DNA from: Antedon mediterranea | Lineage: Eukaryota; Animalia; Echinodermata | Reading direction: 5' to 3' | Length of the DNA: 64,000 nt | NCBI RefSeq assembly: GCF_964355755.1 | Contig: NC_092677.1 | Span: 4,734,101-4,798,100 of the forward strand | Part shown: piece after piece, positions 24,801 to 39,800 of the stretch | Position numbering within the stretch: the first letter of the stretch is position 1 | Layout: every line of letters starts with the position of its first letter | Notes under the pieces: model-generated | Told to the model about the DNA's origin: nothing | The model's database searches: none | Seen by the model: the letters and a program-made list of their open reading frames with translations, nothing else | Translations under genes and position numbers: made by a program

Positions 24801-27800
24801 CTATTTCAATCGACTAGGACGGTGATAGTTTCAACAAAGTATTACATCGCAATGTTTTACTGTGTTTAGTGGTATATTATTTGTAAAACATGAAAGCAAT
24901 TAATATTTCGTTACTAAATGGATAAAGAATATATTTTAACATTGTTCCTCTTTGCACCCATCCTCTTCCCCATCCCTCAACCCTAATGTTACATACAAAA
25001 CACAAATTAAGTTTGTTTAAATTTGACTTAAACAATTGGTCTTATTTTGTGACAAGTTTCTCTTTCGGAAGTAATAGGGTGCTAATTTTAGTTGAGTACA
25101 TAAATCACAGTGTCTATTTATTCGTTCCTGTACACGACATGTATTATTGTCCTGCGGTACGTACATTTGAAATCGCCAGTTTTTTAACGCTGAAATTATT
25201 ATGTATTCGAGAACCATCTGTGGGCACGACCTAGATGGTACGCGAGCGTACCATCTAGTATATACAACTTAGGATTATGGTATAACACGGTATTACGATT
25301 TAATGTATTACTGCAAGGTTTTTGTGGGGTTGACCTTGGCCCGTGCAACACGCTAAAAATTAAAGACGTGTTCAAATTGAGGGTGTTGTATAAACACAGC
25401 CTTAGAGGATCCGAGTCTGTTTGCCTCAACAAGCACTGTCTATGAAGGTCAATCAGTGACCTTTACCTGTAGTAAATCTGCATAAAAGAATAAATATATA
25501 CATACAATGATTTAAAAACATGAATTTCACTTAATATGGTCAAATACAAAATTTGGCAAAATTCTTCCATAAAAACCAGGAAGACTTTTTTCAGTAGTTA
25601 GGTAGTTAACCTAATGTAATAACATGTTGGTGACTCCCTAGATGGTGAAAAAAGATGGTGGATATATGGTGGAGAATTTTTGCTATAGCATGAAAATAAA
25701 AATCTGAAGTTGAATAAAAATATCAGAAATGTAATATTCAAGTTATATTACCTATATTTAGTCATCTGATAACATTTTTTACCACACCGTTTATTTTTCA
25801 TAGCTTTTTAAAATGCCTCTCTATTTACAAAATGTGTGCACAAACGAATAGAGATTTTACTGTGTAATTTGAACTATCCCCCCACTGATAAGAAAGTGCT
25901 TATTTTCAACAAACTTGTGTAACACAAATAAAATCCCAAACATTATGAAACATAGGGGAAACTATAGATCGATAATTATTGGAATGTATGATCAATAGAA
26001 ATTTTTTGCCCGCACCTGGCCTTTAACAACATTTATGATTTTTACTCTGGAAAATCTATTCTTAAAATACAATTTATATTTTCTTCCTTTTAATAATCAG
26101 ACTTGGATCAACCACTTCTTGATGCCTCAGCAAGTACTGTCTATGAAGGTCAATCAGTGACCTTTACCTGTAGTATACCTGATGGTGATCCTATTCCTCA
26201 CATTACTTGGTATATAGATGGACAGACAGTCAACACCAACAACCCTTCTAGATATGAGATTACCAATAATAGTACAGGGTCAATTCTTAAGATTAAATCA
26301 GTTACTGGAGAGGATGATGCAGGGAGATATACATGTAAAGCAGAAAGTGATCAGTTTAAAGGAGAGGATGCTAAAACAAGTGGAGGAAAAGGCTTGAATA
26401 TAATTGTATATTGTATGTACAAAGTTAACTTTGGAGAATAAATCAATAATTTATCAATATTAAATCAATATTATTTTCATATGAATGATACACACATGCA
26501 TTATGTGGTCAATATTACTACAAAAAATGGTTTTATGACAACATTGTTATCATATCTAGTGTCTGCTATAAAACAATCATTCAATCAATGTAAAATTGTT
26601 TAATTTATGTCTTTTTTAGATATTAATGTTACATATGAATATAAAAGTGGATTTGCAACCTGTACAGCAGAGGGCCATCCTAAGCCATCATCAGTATTGA
26701 TATTACAAGATGGAGAAGAGGTTAAGAAAGAAAATAACACAGCAACTATAGAAATTAATGATGAGATATGTCAATCAAATCTTACATGTTATGCAGAGAA
26801 TGGAAATCTTAATAAAACAATGACACTAGAGAACTGTACAGAAGGTATACCAATTGTTTTACAGATAGTTTAGATATTTACTTTATTAATGTTCCTCAAT
26901 TTAAAAACTGAGACTTTGACTCATAGCATCTTTTAAATTCTTCTGCAAATAAGCTTCCGTCTAGGTTCAAATTTAGATCTAAGTAATCTTTTTGCACTGA
27001 TAAAGTCCCATAACATTAGGGCTTGACATAATGTGTAATTCTGTTGATTCAAATATTTGTGTTAAATCATCAAATGGCAATCTAACATGGTTGACAACAG
27101 TTTAGCTGGTGGTGTAATATATGTAGCATAGTAAAATTACTTTATAGTAGTTTAAGGGAGGAAGATGTTAAAAATATTATTACCAAGCTTCCTAACAAGA
27201 CCAGTCCCTTAGATCCCATTCCCACATGGATATTAAAGAGTTGTTCTGACGTTTTATTGCCGGTCATCAACTCTTTTGTAAATAATTATTTAAGTAAAGG
27301 GCCATTTCCAAAAATTCTTTGATTAAGAAATCAAAATTAAATCCAATGTTTTAAAGAATTATCGTCCAGTCTCTAACCTTCCTACCTTATGTAAGATTAT
27401 AGAGTATCCAGCCATTTCCTGCTTTATATGAGACGCATTGTGCCTCGATGGTGGAATTGCCTACATGATTGGGTTCGTGAGGCTTCTATTTTTGCAATAT
27501 TTTAGGAAACAACTTAAAACGCATCTTTTTCCAAAACTTTTGTAATTACCTCCGCCAAGGAGGTTATGTTTTCACCCCTGTATGTTTGGGTGTGTGTGTC
27601 TGTGAACAGCCTGGAGGCCACAGTTTTCATCCGAATCTGGCCAAATTTGGCCTCAACAGCTCGGACGAGTTCTATTGTGAAGGGGAAAGGTCATAGTTCA
27701 AGGTCACAGTTCAAGGTCACAACTAACAAAAACTATTTTACTGCCTAGAGACCACAGTTTTTATCCGATTCTCACCAAACTTAGCCACAATCATCAATGA

Positions 27801-30800
27801 CTCATCATATAACTGTAGTTAAACTGTGAAGGGTCAGGGTCAAAGATCAAGGTCCACAAAAAAAAACGAAAAAAAAGAAATAAAAAAAAAAAACCTCAGC
27901 AGGACTTGAACCAGCGATCTCAACTGTGAGAGGCTGGATAAATTACCATTGCACCAAACTCTCATCCACTTATTTGTAGTGTGCAGTTAGCCTATTTACA
28001 CTTAAAACTAAAAAAAAAATATTAAAAAATATATATTTTTTCCGGGGACATTTTATGTAGGGGAATTTTACAGTAGCGGAGGTTTGTACTCTCGGAGTAC
28101 CCTCTAGTTTGCAGATATATTAGACACACCCTAGGAAAATAATTTTAACCAGTGTCTATAAAAATCATATTGCTAGACTGTATGAGAGTATGTTTTTAGA
28201 AATATCATATCTAATTCAGTTACAATTTGAATAATGGTTTTTTTAAATTCAAGCAATAGTTTACTTCCAAAGAAACATTTCTTATACAACTTTAATGAAT
28301 ATAATAATGGAAGTGTAAATCATTTTATTAGGTATTTCAGAAGATTCAGGATCATTGTACATCATCCTAGTTGTTTTGATTGTTTGTCTGTTACTATGGA
28401 TACTGCTTCTTGTTTGTAAGTAAAATATCTTATCCCTAAATTATTATTTTAATTAGTTTACGTCTTTTTGAATAGCAAAGACAAATTCCATGGTATTCAA
28501 ATGTAAATTTATTATATTTTTAATTGCCCTTTACATTACTTTTTATGAATGTTGCTTCTCCTCTTAGAAAACATAAGACTATGTGTAAGGATAGAAGATA
28601 CAGATTATAATTTGATATGTAATTTATTTTTAGATTTTATGTATTACAAGAATATTGAGTGGAACAATACAGATATTAATACAGTGACAGTTGAAGGTGG
28701 TGAACCAGTTATGATGAGTTGGAAATACCGTCCAAGTATTGCAAGATTCAAGACTTTTGAAATAACAAAAGAAGACAAAGTGCTTGGTTCAAATCAAAAG
28801 CAATTCAGTAGTTGTAAAACCGTCTGTCAGTTTGTCTGTTATTGCTGTGCTTACTTTTGTGGATTCTTTTGTATTGAATACTGTGACAAATCATGTAAGT
28901 TATTACATATTTTTTATTTATCCTAAAGAAAGTATATTATTATTATTATATCATACCATTTTATTTGATGGGGTTTTTTTTCCATCATCATTTGAATAAT
29001 GTAATTATTAGTTTTTATTGTAATTGTTTTGACAATAATAAGATGTAATTTGTAAATAATGATTTTATATTCAATTTTCAATTAATTTAATTATTTTCCT
29101 TTTTAATGAAATGTTTTAGGTACAGTTTATACAATTCACTTTGTAGTAACATCTAGGGCATTTTAACAACGAGAGAAAATTGATTTGATTCTTAAAAACC
29201 CCAGCTGTATTTGTCCGATTTAATATATTCTATTAATAGTTAATACATTATACTCTTTTGTTTCATGTCATAGTTGAATACAACATTAAAGATAAAATGA
29301 AACATTTAAGCAGGTGAGTTTAGGTTTTTTCACCATTGTAACATGATGATAAGAAGTTGGTTTTCCAAGTGGTTAGGACACTTGACTGTCATATAGAGAG
29401 ACCTGGGTTCAATTCCCGACAACTCCCAGTTTACTCAGCTGTAAATGAGTACCTGGTTGAAAATACTAGAGAGGATAAGGCGGCGTGGAAAGAAACTGGC
29501 CACCCTACCACATAATGCCGAGGCTTAGTAAAATGAGCTCCTAACAGCTCATTCTTCTACGTTCAGAACCAAATACTGAACTTACCTTTTACCTAACATG
29601 ATTACATACATTATTTTTACTTTTTTAAATCTTAATATGAAAAAATCTCACAATATAGTATCAGATGAATGAAAGAGAATGTGCAGAAGTCTTGTAGTTT
29701 AATATTATTATCTTGTATTTCGTTCCCTATAGCAGTGGAAGTGGGGAAGAGTATTGGATGATGGTCACTGAAAGAGAACGTCCTGATGGTGCAGAGGTCC
29801 CTGCTGTTGTAATCAAATCAAGTTTACCTAAGCAGACTGCAGGAACTGAAGAAACTGCTGCACTTCCTAAATCTGGAGAGATAACAAAGGTTGGTAATAT
29901 GAGAGTAGTATAAAACTATTATTTGATTTTCAACTAACTTGAAAAGAATGAATAATTATCTATTGCATATCATATTGGTATATCTATCGTATATAAATAT
30001 CTACTTCCAAACTGTACTCTTAATTAAAATGCCATTATGTTGAAAAACAGTATATTAATATATCATAAATATAGCATTATCAAGTGCTTAAAAGTTTATG
30101 CCTAGCTATCTTGTCATGTACATTACATTTTCTGAATGTACAATTAGTCAAATTATCAAATTGGAACAACTGCCAAGGCAAGAAATTACCTACCACATGA
30201 TACAACCAACAATCAATATTTAAATTCTATGTATTTTACTGGGTTATTTATACATTATTTTAAAACATTCTTAAATGTAAAATCTGTTTCAATTTTGTTT
30301 TCAAAGACAAATACTGTTGATGAAGGTAGTGAACTTTTAGCAGAACATCAAGAAACATCTGGTGGGTATAAACTTTGCTATTTATTTATTCTCGTGATTA
30401 CTTCAGGTGGAACATGAATAGTTTATTTTTTACTTGATATGCATTCCAAAAAGTCCTGTTTCAGTAGAATTGAATGTATATCTCTTACTTCAATCAATCA
30501 ATCAATCAACTTAATTAATTTGTTTAGGTTGGTCTTACTCTTTTGTAGAATTTGTTTTTAATTGATTGTTACAGTAAACATTAACATTAACTATTCTGTC
30601 TCGGAAATTAAATTATTGTATTGTTGAAATTGCTAATGAAGTACAGGTTTATTTATTTTTTTATTTATTAGAAGTTATTAAGTTATTAATATTACAATAT
30701 CTATGTTGTTCTATCTTTATTTAAGGAGGACACTTCAACATCGGTCATACAGTAAGAATCTTTATTTAAAAACTTTAAAAGCGCAGTAGCATGCACAAAA

Positions 30801-33800
30801 AAATGTTTGAATATTGTTATAGCTATTAAGTTATGCAATCACAATTTCTATGACAATAATTGTGTAAAGACATATACATCAATTCTGAAGCATTTATAGA
30901 AAATATAATCTGTGTCTATCTAGATTCCAGTATTAAAATTAAGTTTTTAAACATGTGAATATAATAATCCAAGCAATGTTGATTGAAGTGGTTATGGGCT
31001 GAGTGTAAGGCCGGTGTGCCGCAAAATAAAATATGTTCTTCATTGGTAAGAATTAGTCTTCTTGGACTGGATGTCCTGTTTACAAACCTGGTTTGTGAGA
31101 ACCCAGTGCATCCCAGTAGTGGTTACCCCATTGTACTTGGCCATCTACCCCTGTTTCACTTGTACACAATTTAGCCCAGTTACGCTGCAAGCTGGTATTT
31201 AGCACTTAGAGGTTTCATGACATCAGGCGCTTTATTAGTCCAGGATATTATTAAAATTTATTAAAAAGTCCCTCCAACCAAGATTTGAACCCGGACTACT
31301 GGGGCTTTTATGGTATTGTTCAAACCCCATTGGATAGCGACTCTTTCACTCTTGGTGTGGTACAGCCGAACAGCACTAGTCCTTAAATTGTACTCACCAG
31401 AGATCAAATTGATATTCCCTCATCTTTCAGTATTTTAAAGCAGGAACAATTTTTTTTTTCATTTTTGTTCTATATAATTTTGGAGATCATATGATGCTAA
31501 TGTGTTTTCTCTTAATTTTCAGCTTTTTACTTTTAAACCTATTTCTGTTGTGCAAGCTGGCTATAGTGATTCATACAGATGAACTAATATTGAATTTGTA
31601 TTATTATATAGTCTGTTTTAATCATTTGTTTGTGATCAACACTTTCATGAAAACATTTACAGTTATAGTACTCTTTATGGTTCTATATTTTCTAAAGGTT
31701 GTTGATTGATTGATTGAACAAAAATGTAATGTTGGCATAGAAGAAGTATCAATATTGTATAAACATAAATTTATAATATTTTTATTTATAAATTAAGATT
31801 ACGTATGTATTAGGTATAGTTAAAACAAAGACAATGACCACTCAAACTCCAAACTGTACAGTATAGTTTTGTTTTTTGCTATACCATCATCACAGCTGTA
31901 TTGTCTAAGTGTTGTATTATTTTTCACTGTTATGATGAATTTTCATAAAAAATTGACTTTATAAATGGGAAGACCGACTAAAATTACATCAGAAGTATAA
32001 TTTTACAAAAGTAATTGATATGGTTAATGATAACGAGTCGTCGGAAGATGGACCATTTCACGAATTTCCTATTTTGTAACCACAGTGTGATTTTGCCGTA
32101 GCTGCACTTGTAATCTGGCCTGATTTCACAGCCTTCTTTCTGCTTCACTGGGCGCTTATATTAATTGAAACTTTTACCGTTAAAGAGACAAACAAATATA
32201 TTTTACATTTTTAACTATTCATTTTAAACCCGGAACCCCCCTTTAAGTGTTGTATTATTTTTTATTTAATGTTCTAGCTAAAGACTTGAATGAAAGGTAA
32301 TGTTTTTCGGTATTTGATATTTATTTATTGGGATTTTTTTATGTTAAAGATATGTACTGCCAGCAAATCTCTTTTTTTGTCCATTTACCCATTATTATGC
32401 AAAATTACACAAATAACCTTTCACTAACATATAAAACTTCATTTATTATATGAAGTATTTCATGCTATGTGACCAAAGATTTACTACAGCCATTTCTATT
32501 TCTTTCACTAATTTAAAACCTCTCTGGGTATGTACAACACATCTACATCCATGCAAAGCTAGTGAAATGCTCATAGTTTTTTTCCTCTATGAGAATTGCC
32601 ACAACCTTACATGACACCAAACCCTTTTATAATTTACAAGCCATGAATAATGGAGAATTTCAGATTCTTCAGATCAGCAAAAAAAACCCCAAAATAACAT
32701 AATGTGAATAAGATTCTTCTATGCTTAATTCATGTGCATGCTTTTTTACAAAACATTTTATGCGCCAATGTTGAAGAACAGCCAATGAGCAACCTTTTTT
32801 TCTCTTCTTTGGCAAACAATTGTGTTTAGTTTTTTAGTTGTTTTTGTTTTTTTGTGGCAATTTATCTTTATCGGTTTTAGGGTTTGCCTGACTAATTTGG
32901 TAGTTTACCTTTTTCCTTTAATTTTCAACTGTTGCTAATAATATTTTACATACTTGGTTTGCTATATACTTACCATAGATTATATACTGTCCTTACTGTA
33001 TATCCTGTCTGTGTTTGTGCTTTGGTTGCAGTCTTAATCTACAAAATACACAATTTGTTTACATTGATAGAGTATACACATTGCCATTCACTTGCTTCAT
33101 TCTGCCCTTTTATATTACTTCTAATATGATTAATTGTCATATTCAGAATCATGTATTATCATATACATTTCTTCAGTAGTTTGCCATTATCTGTATCTGT
33201 TATATTATTTGATTCAAAACTCATTACCATATTATTACATTGAATATTATTTTATATTACATTTTTTTTATAACTTTAATTGGGTATTGCTAGCTTGGTG
33301 CATCTTATTTTCTTCTGTATTTTAAACACAAACTTTGCTTTTATTGTATAAAACCTCATTAAAATAGTATCTACAGTATATATACATTTACATAAGGGCA
33401 AAATTAGTATACAAATAATGTTTATGAATGGGGAGAATTTCTTGTATCGCATGTTAAACTAAATAGATAATTTTGAAATAAATAATTATATTTCATTTTT
33501 CACTTTATTAAAGATAAAATGTGTATGATTTCAAGTTGTCATCCATTAATTGGACAAGCAAAAAGAAATATAATTAAATTATTCTTTTATTTACACCTTT
33601 CTTGAAAGCTGTTATATGTACATTTATATGTCAAAAGATCAACTTATATCATTTATTATAATTGTAATTTGCAATTTAAATTGTTCAAAATTACCTGTTA
33701 TATGACCACAACAGAAATGAATAAATAATACATTTTTATTCCTTATTTTACATAATCATTGGTTTAATTTGTAACTTTCGACTGATTGATAGAATTAGTC

Positions 33801-36800
33801 AAATTTACATACATAGAAATTATTTAGTTTAAAAGTTATATATATAGTAGATCATATCACTACTTTCACTGTCAGTCCATTTAGCTGAAACTTTTTTTTT
33901 CATAAAATGTTAATGTTAACATTCATTGTGACTTTTAAAAAAAATATTATTTATTCAATTATGTAGTCTACTTAATGTGTAACATTTATCATTACAAATA
34001 ATAATAAATCAGTTAGATTGTAGAGTGAAAGATCAATGAACTCGTTTCAGCATCATTTCTAAATCCTATATTTTTCCCTGATTTATTATAATGTGTATTT
34101 GGTTTTTTTTCAGATCTAAAACTTCTTACTCAGGTAAGTAACATTATTTTTTTTTTAATGCAATTTTGTTTTACTATTGTACAATACTAGATTTACCTTC
34201 ATTGTGACACTACTTCATTTACATAATGCATATGCCCAAAGTAATTATTAAATACACAAATTAGATGCATTTAAATGAATTATTTGTTTTTTCAAAAAAA
34301 ATAAATTAAAAAATGTTTTCTATTAAAGTAATATTTCTGAAAGCCATCATATTAATGAACTTACTTTTAGAAGAGAAATTATAAAATGAAACTCTTGACA
34401 CACTGAAGGGCCATTCATACAATTTCAGTGAAATGGTGAATGTACTGATGTATAGACAACATCAATTAACCATTTTTTTTTTTTACTTTTACAATTAAAA
34501 GTACTAAAATGAAGAAATTAAATTTTAGATGACTTTATTTAATGATATTTTGTTTGTTTTTGTGTTTTTTAAGTGGCTACAAATGGTAGAGGAAGAATCA
34601 GCCTAACGGTTTCAAATCCTGTGAGATCTGATTCAGGAGAGTACAACTGCAATATAGAGGGCAGTAGACAGCAGTATACAGGTGTCAACAATTTATCTGT
34701 TTATTGTAAGTTTTATTTTGAATTTAAATTAAATAGGTTTTTTTTTTCATTGAGATCCAGCTACTGATACAGCGTTGTCAATTTTGTTTAGTAATTTGCC
34801 TGTGTATTTATTGTATTAGTAGGCTATACATAATATAAATTAACACGCACAGAATAAATCTTAAACTGCCTGGTGAAAATTTAATTAATTTGAAAAGATA
34901 AAGATGAGAAAATCTGTAATAATAAGAAAAATGTTGCCCCAACCGTAGTACAACAGGCCCGTAGCCGGGGGGGGGGGGGGGGGGGGGGGGGGGTTTGATA
35001 GTTCGGGCGAACCCTCTTTTACAGAGAACTCCCTTAAACCGACTACGAACCCCCATCCCCAACATGCCCAATACACCCATCTCTGAAAATCCTCCAAATA
35101 CGTGCCCCACTGTACAAAAGGTTATTTGTAAATTAAAAAATTTGTAAACTCGTTCGTGAATAACTCGTACCTCCTTCTGTATGAGTATATGTCGATCGAG
35201 CGATACGTGTCTCCAAATTTCAATTTTTTTTATTTTTTTTTTTACCTGAAAAATAAATATGAATTTTCTGTCACTGGATACAACGAGCTAGGCCATGAAC
35301 GATTCGTACAATTTCACCACCAAAAAACCGCGTACCTATTGTTTAGATTACTGGCAGTCAGCATGCATAAAGTATATAGCCTTCCGACGTACATCAAAAT
35401 GCTGCGGTTAGCTACAGTATTTGTGTGTGGCTATGAAGTATAGTGTGTCATCATCAACTATATCAATACCACCTCTTTACATTGATATATTTAATTTCCG
35501 CAACAAATTGCTGTAAATAAATATAGCTAGAGCTGTGCATTGAATGCCTTCTTACCCAAAATGTTCTTTTTCAGAGCTTCCCCTAGATGCATTGACTGGA
35601 AAAAAATACAGAGTGAACGATCAAACAATCTGACCAACAATCGGCGGTTCCACACAGAACACATGCATCCAACATACGGCAACAAAATGTTATCGTCCAT
35701 GCTATGTTGCATGAGAGTGTCCAATTATCATGAATTTTATGTGCAAAAGAGTACCATTTTTGGCCATCTAGGGGTGTCATGTAACAAAATTCGCTAAGTG
35801 ACCCAAATACTTAGTGTCCGAATCCCCCCCCCCCCCCCACCTTGACAGATCCTCGCTACGGCCCTGTACAACATTATATTATACTTGTCATATTCATTAA
35901 ATTAATATTTGTACTATATATATTTTTTAAGGGATTGAGATGGTAGCTCCCAAGTACTCAACAAAACGTGATGTCAGTAATGTTGAAATGAAGTGCAGAT
36001 ATGGACCATCAGATATGCCATTAATATGTTACAAGTGGAAGAAGATTAGGAAAGATGGCACAACAGAGATTGAGGATTGTGAAAAAGATTCTAGATTTGA
36101 AGTAACAAGTTGCCAAAATAACATTCTGTCTTTGAAGATAAAGAATGTTATACTTGGTGATGCTGGGATGTATCAATGTGAAGTGAAGCCAGTTAATGGA
36201 GGACAAATACTGAAAGATACTACACATCTGACAGTGAAGGAAGGTAATTTGTGTTTATTTACATTTACCACAGCCTCCCAATTTTGTGTGTGAATTAAAT
36301 TGTTCAGTTAAAATGATAAGTTAGTTAATGTTACAATTTTACCATCATTTCAAACATCTAAGGGTGTGTGTGAAAAAATAAAAGAATTTTTTCAGGTATC
36401 CAAATGTTTCTTGGGTTGGTGCAAAATTGAGATTTTTGAGTAGAAGTTCCATGTGTAGAAGGCTTTGCATGTGGGTGTCCCAGTCCACCTCCACACAGGG
36501 CAGTAAAACTGATCACTTGTTTTAATCAATAGAAAAGTACACATATTTTTGAGAATCTTTATTTTTATTAATCTACTTTTATTATAAACAATTGCTTTTG
36601 AAGAATTATTATCTCTGTCTTGTTTTTATAGATGCCATCAAAATTGACATTCCTGATGTTATTACCAATGAAAGTTTGAATGTTAAATTATTCTTAAACC
36701 TAACATATGTTGATGATTCTGCTGCAATATCCAATGTCACGTGGTATAAGCATTTTGAGGATGAAGCAAAGGAGCGGCTGACATCATTACAGCCACCATA

Positions 36801-39800
36801 TTCAACACCACGCTGTCAAAGCGCATATGAGGACAAGAGTAAGGTGTACCTTAAGATCAACAATGTTGAATCTGAAGATGCAAGAAAATACACATGCGAA
36901 GTGCAAGTTGAAGGAAGACAGAAAATATACAAGTGTTTTGGGAGGTTAGAAGTTCAAGGTAATATACTACAATATTATCATTATTGTAACTGCCCTAAAA
37001 ATAATGCGAGTGATATTCGTTATTCAAGTCCAACACCCAAGGTGCTCCTTTATTCCTGTTTCTTGAATGTGAACCAGATTACTAAAACAAAACATAACAA
37101 CGACCTATAAATGCATGTCTAGCAATATATGTGGCTCCTCAAGCGTCAAACTGAAAAGTTTTGTATTTAAGTTAAAACAAACAATATAAAAGACGATCCC
37201 TTAAACTAATTAAAAATGCAAAACCGTGTCGTCATAGCAACGGATAACAAAATCCTTGCGGTTAACTCCTCCTACAACGACGCGACACCTACATGCTAAA
37301 AACATTGCCATTGTACAGCTATACGTAAATCAATTAAAATGATCACATGAACTATAAAGTTTTGCGAAGATTATCATAACTATAGTATCCAGGTGCTTAA
37401 TGCAATGCAGTAACTTTAACAATGAATTATTAATACTAATACTTAGTAAATGATTAAATTAAGATACAACAGGTCAAAGCCATATCTCATCAATATATAT
37501 ACAGTAGGCCTAGGCCTAGCTAGGTAACATAACCGAAATTAATGGCGTCTCAATAGAACTTTGCCTAATAACATTAAATCTGTATGAGTTATTGATCAAT
37601 AAATGTAGCGGAATGCAGCTTACCAAAAATAGCAAAGTCACCCGCTATCTGCAGTACATAAACAATTCAGGTAAATATCAAAATTTAAACAATGTATGTC
37701 AATATCCTATAATTAAAGTCACTAGCTGTGATCATACATCCTCTGCTCTCTAATGCAAGATACCTCCTCACATGGTCCTAAAATGACGTCATTTTCTTAA
37801 TAATGCGCCCTCTCTAAATATTTAAAACTAGTTTGGGACCAAACATCCCGGCCCCTCTATTGCTATACTGAATTAAGGCATTAGCAAACATAGTTAACAA
37901 TTTAACAATAAATAAATTAATGTAACAACAATTTAACAATCTATTAAACAGCATCTGAACTACTGACTCTGCCTCCAGAATCACAACCAACTTCGTGATG
38001 GGCCGTACCAGTTCAGCGCTTGCAGTTCTCAGCTTAACCGATCTCACCAGTCCTCTTGCATCCTTATAAACTTCCAACACTCTTGCCATTGGCCACTGTC
38101 CTCTTGAGGAATTCTCCGCAATTATAACAATGTCTTCTACATCCACATTTCTACGCTCTTTAAACCATTTCTGACGCTCCATCAATGTTGCCAAATACTC
38201 CTTCCTCCATCTTTTCCAGAATACATTAACTCAGGTATTGCGCCTGTCTCCATCTCTTACGATATACATCTGCCTCACTGAATATACCTGGAGCAGGTAT
38301 ATAATCTGCTTGTGCCAGTAACAGGTGATTCGGCGTTAGTGGGCGATCTTCCTTAGGATCATCAGACAGCATTGTCAATGGCCGTCCGTTAACAATCGCC
38401 TCCACCTCACAAAACAATGTCCTCAGACCTTCATCATTTAGTTTTATTGTCTGCTCCTTTAACAATCCATATAACACCTTTCTTTTATCGATCTGATCAT
38501 TCTTTCCCAGACTCCCCCTTGGTGGGAGGCAGCTGGAGGATTAAATCTCCAATCTATTCCGTCTCGTCTTAATACTGTGTGAATCTGTGTGTTGTTCCAT
38601 TCTTTCATTCCCTTTCTTAGCTCCTTGTCGGCTCCTACTAAATTGGTTCTGTTGTCCGACAGCATGTATCTTACAGCACCTCGTCTGGCAATAAATCGCC
38701 TTACAGCATTTATACAGGAGTCCGTATCTAGCGAATCAGCCATTTCTAGATGAATCGCTCGTGTATTGAATTGAAGCATGTGAACACAACTCCGTACCGT
38801 TTTAAGACTGTCCTTCCTCTTTTGATTTCTATTGGACCAAAGTAGTCAACTCCAGATCTGGTAAACGGCTTCTCTCCGCTCATTAATCTTAAGCTTTGGT
38901 AATTCAGACATTTTCTGGGTCTCCAAACGTCCATTATACCTACGACAAGTAACACACCTTGAGAGAATACTCTTTGTCAACTTAAGTGCTCTTGTCACCC
39001 AATACTTCTCTCTGAATCTTGCTAGTACGGCATTCCTTCCTACATGACCCATGCGTTGGTGAATATCATTGATTATTATACCAGCAACTATGGATGTTTT
39101 TAGAAGCAATATTGGGTGTTTAGCTTCTAATGGTATAGATGCTCCTGCTATTCTTCCACCCACTCTGATGATTCCCTTTTCATCCTTAAAGGGGTCCAAC
39201 TTAAATGTGTCTTTGCCCATAGGTAGTTTTGAAGTTTCCAACTGCAGATATCTTATTATTTCTGTCTCAGCGGCATCAAGCTCTGAGCTTGTTATTGGCT
39301 CAATCCTTCTTACTCTTCCCTTTGGTGGTGTACGGGTTTTGCAACGTTGCATTAAATTACCCTTGACTCGAAGCATCCAAGCGACAAACACCTTTAACCG
39401 GCTCCAACTAGAAAATCTTCCAAACAATGATTCAATATAATGACATGAATTAACTGTTGCTGCTGCTGCATATTTTACATCTGGGTCACTTATTGACAGC
39501 AAAGCCATTCCTAGGTTTCCCTTGTCTTCTTGGTTTCTTAAGAACACCGGCCCCTTTAGCCACATTTCAACCTCCACCTTCTTGCTTAAGTGCATACCTC
39601 GTGAAGCTATGTCTGCAGGATTATTTGCAGTATCCACGTGTCTCCACTGCTCGCACTCACTTCCTTCGTGAATGATTGATCACCTATTTGCTGCAAAGGT
39701 GCTAAATCTTGTTTTGTTGTTTCTTATGTAGTTTATAACTAGCATGCTATCGGTCCAGAATATTACTCTTTTGAATGTGGTGTCAACTTCTTCTCGAACT

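Noticed and set aside
31491-33325. Hydrophobic ORFs resembling membrane proteins
   Set aside because: T-rich intronic sequence giving F/L/I/Y-biased frames without fitting splice phases.
34808-35110. Poly-proline ORFs
   Set aside because: Artefact of the poly-G tract of a MITE.
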